From the NCBI GenBank assembly GCA_027364665.1, contig DAHXOW010000044.1:1-38148 (forward strand): 38,148 bases of DNA, read 5' to 3'. The DNA is from a bacterium. GTDB taxonomy: Bacteria; Patescibacteriota; UBA1384; CAJBMM01. A program made the position numbers and the translations under genes. The notes below the pieces were generated by a model. It did no database searches. It saw only the letters and a list, made by a program, of their open reading frames with translations, and was not told where the DNA came from. This document shows, piece by piece, positions 33,319-38,148 of the stretch; the stretch's first letter is position 1, and every line of letters begins with the position of its first letter.

Positions 33319-34155
33319 TTATTTCTTTTCTCTTCTATGAACAATCATCCGGCTGTTTTTATGGCGATCTCTGGTTCTTCTGCCCAAAGCGGGTGATCCC
33401 CAAGGAGTTTTAGGATATTTAAGTCCGATCGAATTTACTGCCTCTCCTCCGCCATGCGGATGGGTGTTCGGGTTCATTGCTTTACCTCTGACCGTCGGTC
33501 TTATTCCTAGCCAACGCTTTCGACCAGCCTTTCCGATGACAACTGTTTCATGGCTTTCATTCGAGACTTCGCCGATGCAGGCCATGCAACGGTCGTCAAA
33601 CCGGCGCAATTCTCCGCTCGGTAGTTTTACCAAGACCCGATTTTCCTCATGAGCCATTATTGTAGCAGATAAACCGGCGCTTCGCACGACCGCCGCTCCA
33701 TTACCGGGTGTTAATTCAATGTTGTGGATAGGAACACCTGTCGGAACGTGTTTCATTTGTAGGCATGAACCGGCGCTTATCTTAGTTTTCTGTCCGCTGC
33801 TGACCTGATCACCCTTTTTTAATCCTTTAGGGGCAATAATGTATGATTTTTCTTTTCGGTCATTTTCAATCAGGGCGATGAATGCGCTGCGATTCGGGTC
33901 ATATTCAATTGATTTTACCTCAGCATTACCGTCGACCTTACGTTCGAAATCGATCAGGCGATACATTCTTTTATGACCGCCTCCGCGATGACGGACCGTA
34001 ATTTTACCTTGATTATTTCTGCCACCGTTTTTGGTTAAAGGTTTGAGCAAGCTTTTTTCCGGTTTTTGACGGTCTAGTTCTGAAAAGTCTTGCGAGACCA
34101 AAAATCTTCTGCCCGGACTGGTTGGTTTATTGATTTTATTTTTCATCTTGTTCAC
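33319..34155 (-). CDS. rplB: 50S ribosomal protein L2
   Basis: [25 protein letters not shown] and [11 protein letters not shown]. The track start is GTG at 34155. ATG 34146 ([14 protein letters not shown]) with an upstream GGTGA is an equally good start. Confidence 0.95.
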   Translation of the reverse strand: MNKMKNKINKPTSPGRRFLVSQDFSELDRQKPEKSLLKPLTKNGGRNNQGKITVRHRGGGHKRMYRLIDFERKVDGNAEVKSIEYDPNRSAFIALIENDRKEKSYIIAPKGLKKGDQVSSGQKTKISAGSCLQMKHVPTGVPIHNIELTPGNGAAVVRSAGLSATIMAHEENRVLVKLPSGELRRFDDRCMACIGEVSNESHETVVIGKAGRKRWLGIRPTVRGKAMNPNTHPHGGGEAVNSIGLKYPKTPWGSPALGRRTRDRHKNSRMIVHRREKK

Positions 34156-34426
34156 CCAAATTAAACTCGGCGATTTTCTGATTGTCTTTCAGACGGACGA
34201 TCGCTTTATGGATTGCTGATCTTTTTCCAACGAATCTGCCTCGTGTTTTTACTTTCCCTGGAATATGCTGCAGATGAACGTCAATCGGATCAACTTTATA
34301 CAATCTGTGCACTTCAACTGCTACTTTCCCCTTGCTTGTTCCTGGACGTACTCGAAAAGTATATTGGCCTTTGGCTGCCAATGACAAACTTTTTTCGGTG
34401 ACTTGAGCTTTAATAATATTATTCAT
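34136..34426 (-). CDS. rplW: 50S ribosomal protein L23
   Basis: ITEKSLSLAAKGQYTFRV....SKGKVAVEV..LYKV.P and KKAIV.L. Confidence 0.92.
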   Translation of the reverse strand: MNNIIKAQVTEKSLSLAAKGQYTFRVRPGTSKGKVAVEVHRLYKVDPIDVHLQHIPGKVKTRGRFVGKRSAIHKAIVRLKDNQKIAEFNLGEQDEK

Positions 34427-35126
34427 TATCTTTTACGGTCTTTTCTGGTGTTTTGTTAGCGTTGCTTTTTTTCTTTATAATCTCATCAGATTTTTTGGTA
34501 ATTTCTTTTACGGTACCTTCTTTAAATAAACCAACAAATGCTTTTCGATTGAAGATTAAATGATCCTCACCGAAAATAATCCCAGCATGGAATTTATTCA
34601 AAGAAACCAAACGGACATTGGCTAGGTTGCGGGTTGAGGTTTTTGTATCGGTGTCATTTTCGTCAACGATTAGACTTACGGGATAATGATCAAGCCTCAA
34701 CGCAGCTAAAAACTCAAGGCCTGATTTTGTTTTTTTGTTAAACGCAAATTGATCGACGACCGTAACTTTTCCTGATTTTAATTTTTCCATCAACATACCA
34801 TATGTGGCTGATTTTCTCATTTTCTTCGGTAAAGAAGTGGCAAAATTATCTGTGTTCCTTGGCCCAAAAGTCACTCCCCCGCCTCTCCATATCGGAGATC
34901 TTCTCGATCCGGCTCTGGCTCTCCCGGTACCCTTTTGCCTCCACGGTTTTATACCACTACCGGTAACTTCTCCGCGATCCTTTGTATGAGCAACGGAGGT
35001 TCTGGCGTTGTTTTGCAGGAAATACAAGATCGCCGAAGAATGACTTGGGTTAATCTCCGTTTCGATTCCGGCTATTTCTAACTCAGATGTCTGTTTGCCT
35101 AAATTGTCAACGACTTTGATTTTCAT
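34419..35126 (-). CDS. rplD: 50S ribosomal protein L4 with a lysine-rich C-terminal tail
   Basis: GSGIKPWRQKGTGRARAGSRRSPIWRGGGVTFGP. The tail is KEITKKSDEIIKKKSNANKTPEKTVKDNE. Confidence 0.95.
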   Translation of the reverse strand: MKIKVVDNLGKQTSELEIAGIETEINPSHSSAILYFLQNNARTSVAHTKDRGEVTGSGIKPWRQKGTGRARAGSRRSPIWRGGGVTFGPRNTDNFATSLPKKMRKSATYGMLMEKLKSGKVTVVDQFAFNKKTKSGLEFLAALRLDHYPVSLIVDENDTDTKTSTRNLANVRLVSLNKFHAGIIFGEDHLIFNRKAFVGLFKEGTVKEITKKSDEIIKKKSNANKTPEKTVKDNE

Positions 35127-35704
35127 TGGCTTATTCCGGATATTCTAATAATATTCCCTTTTGCTCCGGGTATTGCTCCTTTGATTACAAGCAGGTTTAA
35201 TTTTTTGTTACTGTCAACTAATTCAAGATTCTTGACTGTAACCTGGCTAGCGCCCAGATGTCCGGGAAGTTTACGTCCTTTTAAAGTATGTTGAGGAAAC
35301 ATCGAACCGACCGATCCGGGGCGACGATGATGGTCGGAGCCGTGGGTTTCTGGTCCGCGGTGATGATTGTGTCGCTTAATTACCCCGGCAAATCCCTTTC
35401 CTTTACCAGTGCCGGTCACTTTGATCTTTTTGACTGCCTCAAAATCCTCAACGGTAATCGATTGACCGACTTTTTTTGTTTCTTGATCAATCGTAGTTTT
35501 GAATTCCGCTAAGTGTCGAAAATGACTGTGTCCTGCTTCTGGTTTGTTTAATTTATGGGTTTCATCAAAACCGATCTGAACATTATTTCCGCGGATGGCT
35601 GTTATGGTACATGGACCAGCTTGAACCACTGTCACCGGAATTACTCCTTTGTCAGTATGGATTTGAGTCATTTCTAATTTTTTACCCAATATAAACCGTT
35701 CCAC
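35123..35704 (-). CDS. rplC: 50S ribosomal protein L3
   Basis: ILGKKLEMTQIHTDKGVIPVTV and GKGFAGVIKRHNHHRGPETHGS. I prefer the GTG at 35704 (GGAG 6 nt upstream, N-terminus VERFILGKK...). The track's TTG at 35719 is possible. Confidence 0.93.
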   Translation of the reverse strand: MERFILGKKLEMTQIHTDKGVIPVTVVQAGPCTITAIRGNNVQIGFDETHKLNKPEAGHSHFRHLAEFKTTIDQETKKVGQSITVEDFEAVKKIKVTGTGKGKGFAGVIKRHNHHRGPETHGSDHHRRPGSVGSMFPQHTLKGRKLPGHLGASQVTVKNLELVDSNKKLNLLVIKGAIPGAKGNIIRISGISQ

Positions 35705-35770
35705 GCCTTCTCCTGGCAAATTTACGGATCTTGCTTCCTTTAAAATTCTTCTGAAGCAATTATCCTTTCT

Positions 35771-36097
35771 CTACATTTTAATTTCTACATCTACACCGGA
35801 CGGCAGGTCCAACGACATTAACGCGTCAATTGTCTTGCTTGTTGGCTCCACTACATCTATCAAACGTTTATGAACCCTCATCTCAAATTGTTCTCGTGAG
35901 TCTTTGTGAACGTGAGGAGAACGAATGACCGTGATGATTTTCTTATCGGTCGGTAAAGGCACCGGACCTATAACGGAGGCCCCGGAACGCTCGGCGGTTT
36001 GAATTATCTGATCAGCTGACTTGTCAATAATGCGATAATCATAGGCCTTGAGTCGGATTCTGATTCTCTGCTTTGGGTCGTCTTTCGTCTTTACCAT
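35771..36097 (-). CDS. rpsJ: 30S ribosomal protein S10
   Basis: [22 protein letters not shown]....RSGA.V.GPVPLPT and [22 protein letters not shown]. Confidence 0.96.
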   Translation of the reverse strand: MVKTKDDPKQRIRIRLKAYDYRIIDKSADQIIQTAERSGASVIGPVPLPTDKKIITVIRSPHVHKDSREQFEMRVHKRLIDVVEPTSKTIDALMSLDLPSGVDVEIKM

Positions 36098-36120
36098 CTT
36101 GATGCGCCAATCCTACTCAA

Positions 36121-37305
36121 TTATTTATTAATCTTTGTAACGATGCCAGCTCCGACTGTCCGTCCTCCCTCGCGGATAGCAAAATGCATGCTTGCTTCCA
36201 TAGCGATTGGTACGATCAACTTAACATCCATATTGATTTTGTCTCCAGGCATAACCATTTCTACGCCTTCCGGAAGGATAACTTCTCCGGTTACATCGGT
36301 TGTTCGGATATAAAACTGCGGCTTATAACCCTTAAAGAATGGCGTATGACGTCCACCTTCCTCTTTGGTTAATATGTAAACTTCGGCTGAAAAATCTGTA
36401 TGAGGAGTAATGCTGCCAGGTTTGGCTAAAACCTGTCCTCTTTCGATATCGTCACGCTCAATACCTCTGAGTAATAATCCGACGTTATCACCGGCTTGAC
36501 CCTGATCAAGAAGTTTTTTGAACATCTCAACGCCAGTAACAACAGTTTTGCGGGTCGGTCTGATTCCAACAACATCGACTTCTTCGTTTACTTTGACGAC
36601 TCCTCTTTCTATTCTGCCTGTTCCGACAGTTCCGCGTCCTTTAATTGAAAATACGTCCTCAATCGGCATCAAAAACGGCTTGTCGAGATCTCTTACCGGT
36701 TCGGGAATGTATTCGTCAAGCGCGTTTAGTAGTTCCATAATTTTTTCTTCATATTTCGGATCTCCCTCAAGGGCCTTCAAGGCTGATCCGCGAATAATCG
36801 GGGTGTTGTCGCCGTCAAATTCATATTTATTGAGTAATTCACGGATTTCCATTTCAACCAGATCGAGTAATTCCGGATCTGAAACCATATCGACTTTGTT
36901 CATGAATACTACAATTCGCGGTACACCAACTTGCTTGGCCAATAAAATATGCTCTCTCGTTTGTGGCATAGGACCGTCTGTTGCGGCTACGACCAAAATA
37001 GCACCATCCATTTGGGCGGCGCCAGTGATCATATTTTTCACATAGTCTGCGTGTCCTGGACAGTCAACGTGGGCATAATGACGCTTTTCTGTTTCGTATT
37101 CAGCATGTGAGGTAGCAATGGTAATGCCTCGGGCTTTTTCTTCCGGAGCGTTGTCAATTTCCTCAAATTTTTTGGCTTTTGCCAATCCCTTCTTAGCCAA
37201 AACAGCCGTAATTGCTGCTGTTAAAGTGGTCTTTCCATGATCAACATGACCAATTGTGCCGACGTTAATATGCGGCTTTGTTCTCTCGTATTTTTCTTGC
37301 GCCAT
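36121..37305 (-). CDS. tuf: Elongation factor Tu
   Basis: [18 protein letters not shown] and NKVD G-motifs. Full-length at 394 aa. AAGGAGAG SD. Confidence 0.98.
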   Translation of the reverse strand: MAQEKYERTKPHINVGTIGHVDHGKTTLTAAITAVLAKKGLAKAKKFEEIDNAPEEKARGITIATSHAEYETEKRHYAHVDCPGHADYVKNMITGAAQMDGAILVVAATDGPMPQTREHILLAKQVGVPRIVVFMNKVDMVSDPELLDLVEMEIRELLNKYEFDGDNTPIIRGSALKALEGDPKYEEKIMELLNALDEYIPEPVRDLDKPFLMPIEDVFSIKGRGTVGTGRIERGVVKVNEEVDVVGIRPTRKTVVTGVEMFKKLLDQGQAGDNVGLLLRGIERDDIERGQVLAKPGSITPHTDFSAEVYILTKEEGGRHTPFFKGYKPQFYIRTTDVTGEVILPEGVEMVMPGDKINMDVKLIVPIAMEASMHFAIREGGRTVGAGIVTKINK

Positions 37306-37340
37306 TTAGCTCTCCTTACTCTTGACCTATTAGTGTTGTT

Positions 37341-37369
37341 ACTATAGCTGATTAATCTGAAAACGTCAA
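37341..37369 (-). promoter_or_regulatory. Sigma-70-like internal promoter upstream of tuf
   Basis: On the minus strand: TTGACG (37369-37364), a 17-nt spacer, then TATAGT (37346-37341), in the 78-nt fusA-tuf gap. Confidence 0.5.
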
Positions 37370-37383
37370 CGCTTAGTTGACTA

Positions 37384-38148
37384 CTATTTGATCTTACCGC
37401 TGACTATTGATTCCTGAACGCTGTTAGGCACTGTTTCATAGCGTTCAAACTCCATTGAATACGAGGCTCTGCCCTGTGACATTGAGCGAAGAGTGGTGGC
37501 ATAGCCGAACATTGAAGCAAGCGGTACGGTAGCATCGACGACTTTTGCGTTTCCTCTTTCTGACATTTGCATAATTTGACCACGCTTAGAATTTAAATCA
37601 CCGATAATATCACCCATAAACTCTTCCGGAGTCGTGACTTCGATTTTCATAATCGGTTCCAGAATAACCGGATCGGCTTTTTTAACTGCGTCTTGTAAAG
37701 CCATCGATCCGGCAATTTTAAATGCCAATTCTGACGAATCGACTTCGTGGAACGTTCCATCGTACAAAGTTACCTCTATTCCCTCGACTGGGTAACCGGC
37801 AATTACGCCTTTGCTCATAGCTTCCTTCACGCCCTGTTCAACTGCCGGAATATATTCCTTAGGTATTGCTCCGCCAACTATTTTGTTGTTGAAGATGAAT
37901 GGTTCGTTGTCGGCGCTTGGTCCGACTCTCAAAAAGACATGTCCGTATTGACCGCGGCCGCCTGATTGTCGAATGAATTTTCCTTCCTGCTCAACGGTTT
38001 TTCGAATAGTTTCACGATATGCGACTTGAGGTTTGCCTGACTGTACCTCTACTTTAAATTCACGTTTCATTCGATCTACGATAATCTCGAGGTGCAATTC
38101 ACCCATTCCAGAAAGAATTGTTTGTCCGGTTTCCTGGTCAGATTTGAC
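37384..38148 (-). CDS. fusA: Elongation factor G, C-terminal part (5' end outside window)
   Basis: The frame is open to the window edge. [20 protein letters not shown], domain IV/V sequences ...[16 protein letters not shown]... and ...[30 protein letters not shown]. Confidence 0.96.
   Translation of the reverse strand, partial: VKSDQETGQTILSGMGELHLEIIVDRMKREFKVEVQSGKPQVAYRETIRKTVEQEGKFIRQSGGRGQYGHVFLRVGPSADNEPFIFNNKIVGGAIPKEYIPAVEQGVKEAMSKGVIAGYPVEGIEVTLYDGTFHEVDSSELAFKIAGSMALQDAVKKADPVILEPIMKIEVTTPEEFMGDIIGDLNSKRGQIMQMSERGNAKVVDATVPLASMFGYATTLRSMSQGRASYSMEFERYETVPNSVQESIVSGKIK

Noticed and set aside
36518-37045. 175-aa plus-strand ORF
   Set aside because: It lies entirely antisense to the highly conserved tuf gene. 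Its product is Ser/Thr/Pro/Ile-rich low-complexity sequence with no motif. This is a typical open antisense frame of a codon-biased gene.
1-38148. Alternative genetic code (UGA recoding), CRISPR arrays, IS elements/integrases, rRNA/tRNA genes
   Set aside because: TGA works as a stop at positions that give family-typical protein lengths (vapB, rpsE, the carboxypeptidase gene). I saw no regularly spaced direct repeats, no transposase/integrase-like ORFs, and no T-loop/acceptor-stem patterns in intergenic regions. This was a visual scan only, so a tRNAscan/Infernal/CRISPR-finder run would be the proper confirmation.

Overview
This is a 38.1-kb window from a compact, AT-rich bacterial genome. Several traits fit a CPR/Patescibacteria-like organism (inference): no rpmD between rpsE and rplO, a domain-reduced AspRS, many 1-4 nt gene overlaps, frequent GTG/TTG starts, and no lipid genes after rpmF. 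Layout by region: (i) 12.8-38.1 kb is one uninterrupted minus-strand array of 42 genes. It runs fusA (partial), tuf, the S10/spc/alpha ribosomal clusters, secY, a LysM membrane protein, adk, map, infA, rpmJ, rpsM, rpsK, rpsD, rpoA, rplQ, rplM, rpsI, rbfA, a 4-TM protein, pheS, pheT, aspS, a pseudouridine synthase and a D-Ala-D-Ala carboxypeptidase. (ii) 8.3-12.8 kb (+) holds leuS and yceD(DUF177)-rpmF-nusB-rnc. (iii) 3.7-8.3 kb holds ddl (+), converging on a minus-strand operon of ECF sigma, a multi-pass membrane protein, an alpha/beta hydrolase and a membrane-anchored MurF-like ligase. (iv) 0-3.7 kb is a small accessory islet with a MazG-like fragment, a small ORF, vapBC, a GT4 glycosyltransferase and an orphan minimal nucleotidyltransferase. 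I found no rRNA, tRNA, CRISPR array, transposase or integrase. I do not see a convincing large novel multi-gene system. The most unusual items are the ECF-sigma operon ending in a MurF-like ligase whose N-terminal domain is replaced by a membrane module, a bacterial-type AspRS lacking the GAD insertion domain, a LysM protein with its own promoter inside the secY-adk junction, a coding-frame-preserving duplicate of the ddl 3' end, and recurrent promoter-to-start-codon spacings that suggest leaderless mRNAs. All family calls come from reading the translated ORFs; no database search was run.
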